Shown: positions 25,401 to 35,290 of the stretch, piece after piece
Layout of the letters: every line of letters begins with the position of its first letter
Position numbering within the stretch: position 1 is the first letter of the stretch
Assembly: GCF_004010195.1 (NCBI RefSeq)
Contig: NC_057750.1
Coordinates: forward strand, 5,426,438 to 5,477,123
Length of the DNA: 50,686 nucleotides
Reading direction: 5' to 3'
Origin: Chiloscyllium plagiosum
Taxonomy: Eukaryota
Translations under genes and position numbers: made by a program
The notes under the pieces: generated by a model
What the model saw: only the letters and a program-made list of their open reading frames with translations
Told to the model about the DNA's origin: nothing
Database searches by the model: none

Positions 25401-28400
25401 GTGTTGGAAAAGCACACCCGTTCAGGCAGCATCCGAGGAGCAGGCGAATCAATGTTTCGAGCATATACCCTTTAATGTTGACTCTGCTGCTCCTCGGATG
25501 CTGCCTGACCAGCTGTGCTTTTCCAGCAGCACATTCTTCGACTCTGATCTGCAGCATCTGCCGTCCTCACTTTTTTCCTGGGTCAGTGGGCAAACCAAGT
25601 GAGCAAAGAAATTACCGCAGTAATTACGCCATTCCAGATCCTGTGCTTGGCGCTGTTGGGTGATGTTGCTGGTGCCCATCGGATCGAGGAGTGCATCAAC
25701 GCAGTCCAGGTCCCCCTGCTCGCAGGCCAGGTGCAACGGGGTATTCCCGAAGCTGTCTAAACTCTCCAGGTCCGCCCCAGTCTGTGCCAGCTCCCTGGTC
25801 ACTCCTGGCATCCTCATGATCACTGACAAATGCAAAGGGCTCTGGAAAAGGGTGAGGAAATAAATAAAAACTGTGAAACCTTCAGAGAAATCAACGACTG
25901 ATTCTCCATTGCCACAGGAGCAAAGATAAAGCGAGTAAGTCTCCGGAAGATAGGAACTGACAGATTACGGATTAACACTGACTAGCCTTTGTTGACAATC
26001 CCTTATTGCCCTCGAACTAGACACTGATTGGCTGAGAGAGGAAGGATGTGTGGAGATGGACTTTCTGAATACAAGGTCCTACCTATTACTGTATGGAACA
26101 TCCAGCAACATGTAAGTAAGAGAGGAACAACATCACATCTTCACACCAGGCACTTTATAGACTTAATAGTGAGTTGTGAATCCACTCTCATTCCATCTGT
26201 TTCTTTTAGTTTCACTTGTCACATTTTGTGTCACCATGTTTTCTCTCCCTTCCCCCCTACTCCAGTGGGATTACCTGCTCTTTCCAGTCTGGACACACCA
26301 TTGTTCTGCCACACTCACATTCCAATCACTTAATCTAAACAATCAAAATCCTTTCTCGCCTGGCACTCCACTCCCTCTCCCCTCAACACCACCCACCACC
26401 CCCTCATCAAATATTGCATTAATGTTGCCCTCTCCACATTTCACTTCAGCTCTGAAGCCCAAAACATTAGCTTGCTCTCTCTCTCTCCATGGATGCAGCA
26501 CGACCTGCTGTGATTCCAGGATTTTTTTGTTTTCAGTGCAGATTCCAGCATCTGCAGTAACTTGCTCCCACAAAGTGTAAGTAAACTCCACTGCACACCC
26601 ATGCGATAATCTCAAATTGGCACACTCGTCATTATTCAGCAATTGGTGTCCAATCACAGAAACGCATCTATCGGCCAATGTTATGTTCTGAGTTATGAAA
26701 GCACAGGCTGGCCTTCCTTTCTCCCAATGTCCCTTGTTATCGCCATTTTCAACTAGACGTGGGAGGAAGGACAAAAGGGAGACTCACCTGTCGGGACTTG
26801 TTGCGGATGTCAATAACGGATGGTTCAGACCGCAAGAGGAAACTGGCAATGTCAGGGCGCTGGTGCAGAATTGCCAGATGGAGGAACCTGGGAGAAAAGA
26901 GGAAGGACACAGAGAGAGAGAGAGATGAGAGAGGTTAATAAAGGTGAACAGGGTGAAATGGTGCAGAGTGCAAATTTCCTGAGAAAATGCAGCCTGCCTA
27001 AACTCAAGTCCCAATTTGGAATTGAGTAACAGTTTCCACATTAACTGGCAGTCGTACAATTAAAGCACAAGCAAAATATTGATGCATCATCTTTAAGCGG
27101 GGAATTCCAAGAATCATTCTTACTGGAAATGAACCAACCTTTTCAATAAGAGGGGAAGGGAAGTCAAAAACAGAACACATTTACATCCAGAGTTTTGCTT
27201 CCTTCTTATCCAATTTCCTTCCACATCCAAACAACAACAACTTGCACTTATATATCACTTTTAACTATGACAAGAAAGTTCTAGGGTTTGTTCTAGGGCA
27301 ATATTTGGCATCAACGTGTATTTGCATAGTATCTTATTAGCCGTGAGGCACTTTCTAATTGTTATCAAATAGAATTTGACACTATAAGGCCAAAGATGTA
27401 GGAGCTGAAATAGGCCATTCAGTCCATCGAGTCTAGGCAGAAGTGGGTACTGCAGGTGCTGGAGATTAGAGTCAAGATTAGAGTGGTTCTGGAAAAGCAC
27501 AGCAGGTCAGGCAGCATCCGAGGAGCAGGAAAATCGACGTTTTGGACAAAAGCCCTTCATCAGGAACTTTTGCCCGAAACGTTGATTTTCCTGCTCCTCG
27601 GATGCTACCTGACCTGCTGTACTTTTCCAGCTCCACTCTAATCTTGAGTCCATTGAGCCTGCTATGGCATTCAATGAGATCATGGTTAATCTGATCTCAA
27701 TTCTTGACTCCACTTTCCTGCATAATCATTGATACCCTTACTGATTAAAAATCTATCTCAGCCTTGAATATACTCAATGACCCAGCCTTGTCAGCCATCA
27801 GTGGTAAAGAATTCCACAGATACACTATCCACTATCCTTACCTACGTTTTAAATGGGTGATCCCTTATCCTGTGGTCCGCAGCTCTCCCACAAAGGGAAG
27901 CAACCTTACTGCTTCTACCCTGTCAAGTCCCCCAAGCGTCTTATGTTTCAATAAGGACACCTATCATTTTTTTCTCAATTCTAATGAGTATGACCCAACA
28001 TCTCCTCTATACTCAGGACCAACCTAATAAACCTTCTCTAGACTGCCTCCAGTGCTTGTATATTAAGCCAAAACCTAAGGATTCTTAGCTAAATCTGAGG
28101 AGATATTAGGATGGATGACAATACGTTTGGTAAACGACATAGGTTGTAAGGGAGGAAAGAGAATTGGAGAGATACCAGGAGGGGATTCCAGAGCAAAGGG
28201 CATAATTTGAACATTAGCAAGAAAATACCTCTTAAGCATGTCCTTGATTTCCTCACCCTCCACTACTGATGACCACGCCTTTAGTCTCCTAGGCTCTGAC
28301 ACTGAATTCTCTCCCTAAATCTTCCTGCTTCTCTCTCCTTTTTTTAGATGTCCCCACCTCTTTATTCAAGCATTTGGATGTCTAGGAGACACCTTGGGAA

Positions 28401-31400
28401 TTTTTCCCCACATTGAACACAAATGCAAATAGATGTTTCCTCCATTACAACCTCTGCTTTTTACCAAATCTACTGTCATCCATCCTAATACTTTGTCAAG
28501 TTTAGCTAAGTATCCTTAGATTTTGGCTTAATATTGGAGGCAGTCTAGAGGATTGCACACTGTCCTTTTGCTAATTTTAAAATTTGTTGGTGCAGATTTA
28601 GTGGTCACCAAAATGCACATCCTCTCAAAGCTCATTGAAGCTAGCAAGTGAACAGGTGAGTCATTTCGTCCAAGCTCGGGGAGTGTTTCACTTCTGTACC
28701 ACTCATTCTGAGTCCTCTCAGAGTGTGATGGTGAAAGGCGAAGTTTTTCTCGTTTCCACCTCCAAGGCTGTATGCATTCCTGTCGAGGCATTTCCACCTG
28801 GGTTTCCCCGGCCTCTGCTTCGAAACCGAGCCGGTTCAAAACAGGAATGGCTCAAAGTCACTCTTCATTAATCTTATGCTGAGTTAGCGAGTCTGAGTCA
28901 GAATGGATGGACGGTGCCAACACATGACCAAAAACAACAGTCTAAACATTAAGCAAAGTTATTCACCTGCCATAGCAGCCTAACCAAATATTTAGTTAAT
29001 GGTGTAGCTTAGCAAAAAGAAATAATAATTTGAATTCTCACGATGAGGAGGAACCGGTATTGGACAGGGGTGTGGACAAAGTTAAAAATCACAACTCCAG
29101 GGTATAGTCCAACAGATTTATTGGAACTTCTGGCTTTCGGAGCGCTGCTCCTTCGTCAGGTTGTGATTTTTAACTTAAATTCTCACATCAAAGGGAGTTG
29201 TGTTACACTTGATTTGTACTAGAATAGATCATCTCTATTTTCACAGCTCCAACCCCAGTGATAAGCCAGGTAAGGAATACTCAAGAGAGCTGGAGGTATT
29301 TTACCAACATTTCCTCAAATGGAATTTCCATGGACTTTATCAAGAAACACAGGGACTTTTACCAACAGGAAATGGGAGATTTTGAAGTACAAGAGAAGTG
29401 GGATAATCTTGGAAACAGGTCAATGAGTCCATGCTGATATTTAAACTACACACGGGTTTCCTGTTGTCATCCTTCAGCTCACCCCTTCCTGTTTATCACG
29501 TTAACCTTTTCTCCCTCTCCCTGCTTCTCCTTAAAGGCACAAATAAATGCAAAATGCTGCAGATTGTGAAAATCTAAAAGAAATTACATGAGTAACTCAG
29601 CGGGAACTCAGTTCTGAAGACATCATATCAAATTTGAAACATTAACTCTGCTTTCCCTCCACAGATGCTGCCAGACCTGCTCAGTTTCTCCAGCACTTTC
29701 TGCTTTTATCCCCTCTGCATTTCGGCTATTCCCCTCCTCAAGGGAGTGAGTTCCACATTGTCCCCACTCTCCAAGTAAAGACGTTTCTCTTGTATACTCG
29801 ATTGAATTGATAACTCAAATTTACAGCCCCTGGTTCTACTGTCCCAACAAGGAGAAACACTTTCTTTGGCCATCTCCCACTCATTCATTATTTTTAATGC
29901 ACTCAATCTGAGCTTAGTCCTCCGTCTTTACTTGAGAGAAAACAGCCCCTGTCTTAGTGGTTGTTCAGCATTGTAAAGGCTTTAGCTGGAGCACATTTGT
30001 CCTAATTATTAGGTAAAAAATGGGGTTTTTTTGGTTAGCTAGAAATGGAACACCAAAAGACAGACAACCGGAAGCAATCATGTGTTTAGATGGTGACAGT
30101 GTTAATGTGGCAGATGTTGTTACTAAATGGGAGCCGTACAGTCCCTGTTTAGTGATGTGTGAGAGGGAATCAGCCTGGTTTTTCCTTCCTTGGTCACTAA
30201 CCAGGGAAGTGTAGCAAAATGCCCACTTTCCAAACCTGTGACCTCAGTCCACCACATGGACGGACAATGCATGGGAACACCACCCCCGGCAAGTTCCCTT
30301 CCAAGATATGCACCACCCTGACTTGGAAATATTTCGCCATTCCTTCACTGTCATTGAGTCATTACCTCCCTAACAACACCGTGAATGCTCATGCACCCCA
30401 AGGACTGCAGCGACTCAAGTTTGCAACTCATACCAGCTTCTCAAGGGGCAATTAGAGATGGGCAACAAACACTCCTCTAGGCAGTGATGCCCACATAGCC
30501 GAGAACAAACGAGAAAGATTCTGGATAGAATAAAATAGAAGCAGGAAGATTCAAAATAAGGCGGATTTAGGACTGAATTGAGGAGGAACTTATTCACCCA
30601 AAGGGTTGTGAATCTGTGGAATTCCCTGCCCAGTGAAGCAGCTGATTCATAATTAAGGGTTATGGTGAACGGGCGGGTAAGCGGAGCTGAGTCCACAAAA
30701 AGATCAGCCGTGATCTTATTGAATGGCACAGCAAGCTCAATGGGCCGAATGGCCTACTCCTGCTCCTATTTCTGACATTCTTATGTAATTAAAGTGCATC
30801 ATTCTTCTCTCTGTCTCTTTCACATTCTCTCTCTCCCACATATAGATTCTTTCCTGCTCCATTCCTGCACTTGGCAAACGGTAAGGACTGAATCCCTCCT
30901 TTTCATTCCGCACATAATCCCTGGCCAAGGCAGAGAATCAAGATCTATTGCAAGGGAGCCAATATGTTCCTGAAAATGCAACTCCAGCTCAGGCCAGTAA
31001 TGGCATTTCCAAACTTTGCTGGATTTTATTCAAAGCGGTCTTTCCCTCTGTGCAGTAAACAGTGGTCAGAACAGAATGAGATTGACCAGAATAAAGGCTA
31101 GACTTTGAGTGCCCGTCTATGAGATCTGCTCCCACTCAGGACAGTCAATCACAAATGTCTGGGCCAACTGCACCAGTTGCTGTGCCAAGGGAGTGCCACG
31201 CTGTCAGAGGCGGATAACGTGCAGGGTGGTTGGCTCAATCCGAGTTCTCTAAACTGGGTTAGACTGGTTCCAAAGAGGAGTTCTATTGATTCAAAAAGAT
31301 TGGGCAAGGGCTACTTCAGCCAAGGTGGGATGAAGGATCTCCTTCTGGCCCGGAATTCTTAACCAAAACAGAAATTGCCGGAAAATCTCCATGGAGAGGA

Positions 31401-32206
31401 ATCAGAATTAACGTTTCGGGGCTGGGTGACCCTTCTCCAAAACTCATTCATTAACTCCGTCTCCCCATCTAGTTGTAAAAGCATTTGCTGGAAAAGCTCG
31501 GCAAGTCTGGCAGCACTCTGTGGAGAAAAATCAGAGTTAACGTTTTGAGCCTGGTGATCCTTGCTCAGAACCCAGGAAGGGTCACCAGACCCCGAAAGGT
31601 TAACTCTGATTTCTGCCCACAGACCTGCTGAGCTTTTCCAACACATGCCGTCTTTGCCCCCATCTACCTGTGCTGCCAGACATTGTCTGGCACTGCTGCC
31701 TGCCAGTATCCAAGCAAAAGCGGATCATCTATCCGACCATCCTCGCTTTTCTGCTTGTGGGATCTTCCCGTGCACCAAGTTCCCGCATTGCAACAACAAC
31801 TGCACCCTCCAGAGCACCACGGGGTGGTGAAAGGGGACCGTGTCGTTGTTGCTTTCCCTCGCCTGGAGGTAAGCATTAGCCCTGATTCCCCCACCCCACC
31901 CCACCCCAACCCTCCAAGCGAATTGGAGTTCATTTTCACACAATGTTGAGGCGACTTTGAAACTTACGTGTCTCCGTCTTCAGTCCTGAACTTTGTCCAA
32001 CTCTGGAGTGGTCTGTCCACACTCCCACTGGCGACGTTCAGGTAAACCAGCTGGTCAGTGACACTGCTCAGGCTCTCGTCCGCTTCCTTCATGGAATCGA
32101 TACCACTGTCCAGTCTCTCGCCTTCCAGCCCAGGCTTTGCATCCTGGAATTTGCCATCTCTGTCACTGGCCCGAAATTCCCTGAAATTGACTGAGACATC
32201 AGCCAT
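19403..32206 (-). CDS. NFKBIA: NF-kappa-B inhibitor alpha-like (IkB-alpha-like), complete gene: complement(join(19403..19453,21251..21511,23045..23133,25616..25841,26788..26887,31968..32206)), 966 nt, 321 aa
   Basis: Six exons with GT-AG sites and compatible phases (2,0,1,0,0), matching the NFKBIA architecture as I recall it. Degron DSGIDSMKE, ankyrin repeats, PEST segment and C-terminal YDD motif. May be a paralog rather than the true NFKBIA ortholog. Confidence 0.9.
21251..21511 (-). CDS. NFKBIA: IkB-alpha-like exon 5 (ankyrin repeats 5-6, PEST)
   Basis: gacag|EPNSGRTPLHLAVEFQHREVVQLLIERGVDVNRLMYNSCTAFHLTAGRPDLQIREQLSQLT...ESSDSESEPEWDARSDCE|GTGAGC; 261 nt; GRP..I.(E/Q)QL.QLT is alpha-type. 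Confidence 0.92.
22640..23030 (-). mobile_element. CR1-like 3' fragment in intron 4 of the IkB-alpha-like gene
   Basis: SRTRGHNLRINGCKFKTEMRRKFFS...FKAEIDRFL; ends 15 nt from the exon 4 donor. Confidence 0.75.
23045..23133 (-). CDS. NFKBIA: IkB-alpha-like exon 4 (ankyrin repeat 4)
   Basis: ttttccaccacag|GHTCLHIAAMKGDCETVARLLASGANINAQ|GTAAGA; 89 nt; close to human GHTCLHLASIHG...GADVNAQ. Confidence 0.92.
23348..23690 (+). mobile_element. HE1-like tRNA-derived SINE
   Basis: GGGCAGCACGGTGGCTCAGTTGTTAGCACTG head (A box), degenerate B box, central GGGTTTCCTCC core, CR1-like tail. Confidence 0.8.
24660..25015 (+). mobile_element. HE1-like SINE
   Basis: GGTGGCTCAGTGGTTAGC...GGTTCGATTCC pol III boxes; colinear with the 23348 copy. 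Confidence 0.8.
25616..25841 (-). CDS. NFKBIA: IkB-alpha-like exon 3 (ankyrin repeats 2-3)
   Basis: ttttccag|SPLHLSVIMRMPGVTRELAQTGADLESLDSFGNTPLHLACEQGDLDCVDALL...LEWRNYC G|GTAATT; 226 nt. Confidence 0.92.
26788..26887 (-). CDS. NFKBIA: IkB-alpha-like exon 2 (ankyrin repeat 1)
   Basis: Polypyrimidine tract + cag|G TTC CTC CAT...; FLHLAILHQRPDIASFLLRSEPSVIDIRNKSRQ; donor CAG|GTGAGT; 100 nt. This frame is not in the ORF track. Confidence 0.9.
28037..28550. repeat. Inverted repeat, about 95-bp arms with about 325-bp spacer, in IkB-alpha-like intron 1
   Basis: CTCTAGACTGCCTCCA...TATTAAGCCAAAACCTAAGGAT...TATTAGGATGGATGACA (28036-28134) vs reverse complement at 28460-28550. Confidence 0.8.
31968..32206 (-). 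CDS. NFKBIA: IkB-alpha-like exon 1
   Basis: aaaATGG Kozak context; MADVSV...ERLDSGIDSMKE...WTKFRTEDGDT; donor AC|GTAAGT at 31967; 239 nt. Confidence 0.9.
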
Positions 32207-32319
32207 TTTTTGCTCATTCACCCAAAAAAAGAAACACTTTCTTGCTACTTTTGAGGACAAAGCCCACACACGCACATACCCTTCTCCGGAATATCGCACA
32301 AAATTAAGATCAGCAAATG

Positions 32320-32400
32320 TAGGCGGAGACAATTATATATATATATATATATAGATATAAACTCCGCCTCTCTATGAGTCTAAAAGTGGGGGATTACCAC
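32320..32400 (-). promoter_or_regulatory. Putative core promoter of IkB-alpha-like gene: (TA)n/TATA-like tract, GC-box-like motifs, kB-like site
   Basis: (TA)n about 32334-32353, AGGCGG at 32321 and CCGCCT at 32364, GGGGATTACC 32389-32398 (one mismatch to GGGGATTTCC), 130-190 bp upstream of ATG. Confidence 0.5.
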
Positions 32401-33195
32401 AGACGTGATTCCGGGTGCTTTTTACAAATGACTAATTATATTACTGTACTTTACTGTCTTTTCTACATCCCCTGACTTTTTTTTTTCTCCTTTACTTTAT
32501 TTCCTCATCTTGGACTCTCCTTTTGTTTAAAGAAACACCCTAAACCTTTTCAAGTGACCTGCATTTCAAATTTAATGCAAACGGAAGGAAATGGTTTTTC
32601 AACATTTCCTGTCACTTATACACACAACAAAAATTGGGGGCTAGGTAACTTAAAATAGAAGTCCCCTCCCTCCTGTGCATATTTATAATTGCAGCAAACT
32701 TTCCTAAAAACTAAATTCAGAACATTGAGAGATTTGTTTTTAGTACCAGTGGAAGTTAGGGGATGATGTGAAGGACATTTTTTTGTTAAAATAATCAGAA
32801 GAAATTGAAAAGCATTTTAAAAATTATTTTCTCCCTTTGTTTTCAATTTGGAGCAACTGGGAAAAAAAAACAGTATGTTTATAGGAAAGGGTTTGGAGGG
32901 ATATGGGCCAGGAGCAGGCAGGTAGGACTAGTTGAGTTTGGGATTATGGTTGGCATGGATTGGTTGGACCAAAGGGTCTGTTTCTGTGCTGCATGACTCT
33001 ATTTTGTGTTGTAGATTCCTCAGTTGGAGTTGCCCAGGGAGCACACACTCTATACAGTATCACAGAATTATGACTGAACAGGAGGCCATTCAGTCCATTG
33101 TGCAAGGCCTATTATCTAATCCAGCTCTTTTGTCCAGTGCCAACTCCCTTTTCCCAAAATCACTGCACACGTTACTATCTGAAAACAAAACATCC

Positions 33196-33328
33196 TGAAA
33201 TATCTGCACGCTGGCTGGTATCCCATCATCAGGTCACTCTTTATTTACTTGTGCTCAGTACACTTGGCTGTGACCAGCCAGCTCAGAATCAGTCCCTGAA
33301 GTGAGGAGCTTTTGAATCTCCTGTTTAT
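33196..33328 (-). mobile_element. 3' half of an LTR-like element (host of the Tx1 insertion)
   Basis: Minus strand ATAAACAGGAG...TTCTGAG...GTAAATAAAGAGTGA...GATATTTCA parallels the LTR at 46948-47077 and ends in CA. Confidence 0.6.
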
Positions 33329-34126
33329 TTTTTTTTATCCCCTTCAAGGAGGAGAGTCCTTGCACGTGCACACACTCACACTGATCCAGCTCTCAAAAGG
33401 AAAACACCCGAGTGGCCAGTGACAAGCAGTGCTCTTCACAAAAAAGGGCAATGCTGTGTGATCAAACAGGGAAGGGGAGGGCAGGGACTAAATCAAAATA
33501 GAGTTGGAGGGGGAAATGATGCACTCCACTCCCTGCGGCGCCCACCTCTCCCTGAACAACTCCAGGGTGTTGGTGGGCACCGCGTGCTCCTTCTCCAAGG
33601 ACACCCGGGCCCTAACGTAACCACGGAAGAGGGGCAGGCAGTCGGCCCTAACGACCCCCTCCACGGACCGCTGCCTCGACCTGTTGATGGCCAGTTTGGC
33701 CAGGCCCAGGGGCAGACCCACGAGGAGGTCTTCAGACCTGCCCTCCCTCCTCCGTACCAGGTGCCCGAAGATCAGGAGCGTGGGACTGAAGTGCAACCAA
33801 AAGCAGAGGAGGAGGTTTTTGAGAAAATTAAAAAGAGAGTGCAAACGCCCACACCCAATATATACGTGGTCCATGGACTCCACAGAGTCACAGAACAAGC
33901 AGTTGGGCTGGGAGTCCGTGAACCACTGCAATCTGCGGTTGCAGGGGACTGCTGCGTGCAGCACCCTCCACCCCAGATCCCCGAGAGAAAGGGGGAGGAC
34001 TCCCGCGTAGATAGCCCTCCACTGGGGATCCCCACCGCCCGGTGGCAAATGGGCACGCCAAGGCGTGTCCGGACAGTGGATGAGGGAGAAGAGGTGGACA
34101 GTGTGCAGCAGCAGTCTATACAGGGC
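33329..34126 (-). mobile_element. Tx1-clade non-LTR retrotransposon, 5'-truncated (ORF2 C-terminus, 3'UTR, A-tail)
   Basis: ORF 33488-34213 encodes DLGWRVLHAAVPCNRRL...CLFCDSVESMDHVYIGC...GLAKLAI (CCHC/zf-RVT region typical of Tx1). A-rich tail; 14-bp duplication AATCTCCTGTTTAT at 33315-33328 and 34127-34140. Confidence 0.85.
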
Positions 34127-34914
34127 AATCTCCTGTTTATTTTTTTTTTCTTTATTTTTTTTCCACCACCAGGAAGAATGACACAAACCTGATCCAATTG
34201 CGGGTTTTCTCATTGAATTTAAATTCTACCAGTGGATATTGTAGGATTTGAACCTGTGTCCCCAAGAGCAGAAGCCTGTCCCCTCCCCATCTCCTCTCCT
34301 TGGATTACAAGTCCTGTGACCTTACCTCTCTCCCACCATCTTACCCACCAACCCAGTGTAAGAGGTCAGTCTGGATAATGACGAGATGTGGAAACCCTAG
34401 CTGCTGTTTATTGTCCCTGTTCCATCATGGCACTTTCCTGCCCTCTGGTCAATAGGTGGTTCAGGAATTTCCTTGTTGGGACCTGCCCAGGCCCCTCTAG
34501 TATCAGTATTGGTTTCCCCTCTTCACGCCCATCATCACTCAGTAAGGAAACATGCAAAGTAGAACTAGCTAGATCTTTCACAAGCACGGGCTGGGAATCT
34601 GATCCGGGTGCTTCCGCACATACGATTAACCTGCTGACCGTGCTACTCACGAGTCACCAGCTGGAATGTAAACTAAACATAAATCAAAGTTATACATAGA
34701 GGAAGTGAATGTGTGTAGTGCAGCAGGTCCTGGTTGTGGCTCATTCGGAAACACTCCTACATCCTAGTTGTCAGGTTCCAGGCATTTAACCCTCTCCAGG
34801 ACTTAAGCACAAACATTCCAGTGCAGAACTGAAGCAGTGCTGGTCGAAGTTTTGTCTTTCACACGAAACATTAGACAGTGGTCCTACTTCCCCTCTCAGG
34901 TGGTGGTAAAACTT

Positions 34915-35290
34915 CCTTCAAGGTGAGAGGAAAGAGATTTTAAAAAAGACATGAGGGGCAACTTTTTATGCAGAAGGTGGTTTGCATGTACAATGAACTT
35001 CCTGAGGAAGTGGCAGGTGCGTGTACAATTACAACGTTTAAAAGACATTTGGATAAGTACATGGGTAGGGAAGGTTTGGAGGGATATGGGCAGGCATAGA
35101 GTCATAGAGATGTACAGCGTGGAAACAGACCCTTCGGTCCAATGCTGACCCAATCTAGTCCCACCTGCCAGCACCGAGCCCAGATCCCTCCAAATCCTTC
35201 CTGGGCAGGTTGAACTAATCTAATTTAGGGTTATGGTTGGCATGGACTGGTTAGACCAAATGGTCTGTTTCCATGCCGTATGACTCTATG
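34915..35290 (+). mobile_element. CR1 3' fragment with a short antisense CR1 tail inside (35095-35201)
   Basis: Plus-strand CR1 3' end interrupted by CATAGAGTCATAGAGATGTACAGC..., the reverse complement of the CR1 terminus. Confidence 0.75.

Noticed and set aside
19782-27108. Scattered kB-like matches (GGGAAATCCC 19782-19791, GGGGAATTCC 27099-27108)
   Set aside because: GGGRNWYYCC is expected about 6 times by chance in 50 kb on both strands at uniform composition, so isolated hits are not evidence of function.
32207-32332. N-terminal extension of ORF 31964-32332 (MSPPTF...)
   Set aside because: Starts at a non-ATG codon next to the TA tract; ATG 32206 has good Kozak context and gives a normal IkB-alpha length.
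33419-34192. 257-aa plus-strand ORF
   Set aside because: Antisense shadow of the GC-rich Tx1 ORF2 fragment.
35087-35209. Apparent 8-bp TSD TGGGCAGG around the antisense CR1 tail
   Set aside because: The host CR1 already contains two similar GGCAGG words here (compare 32904-32922), so the duplication may be spurious.
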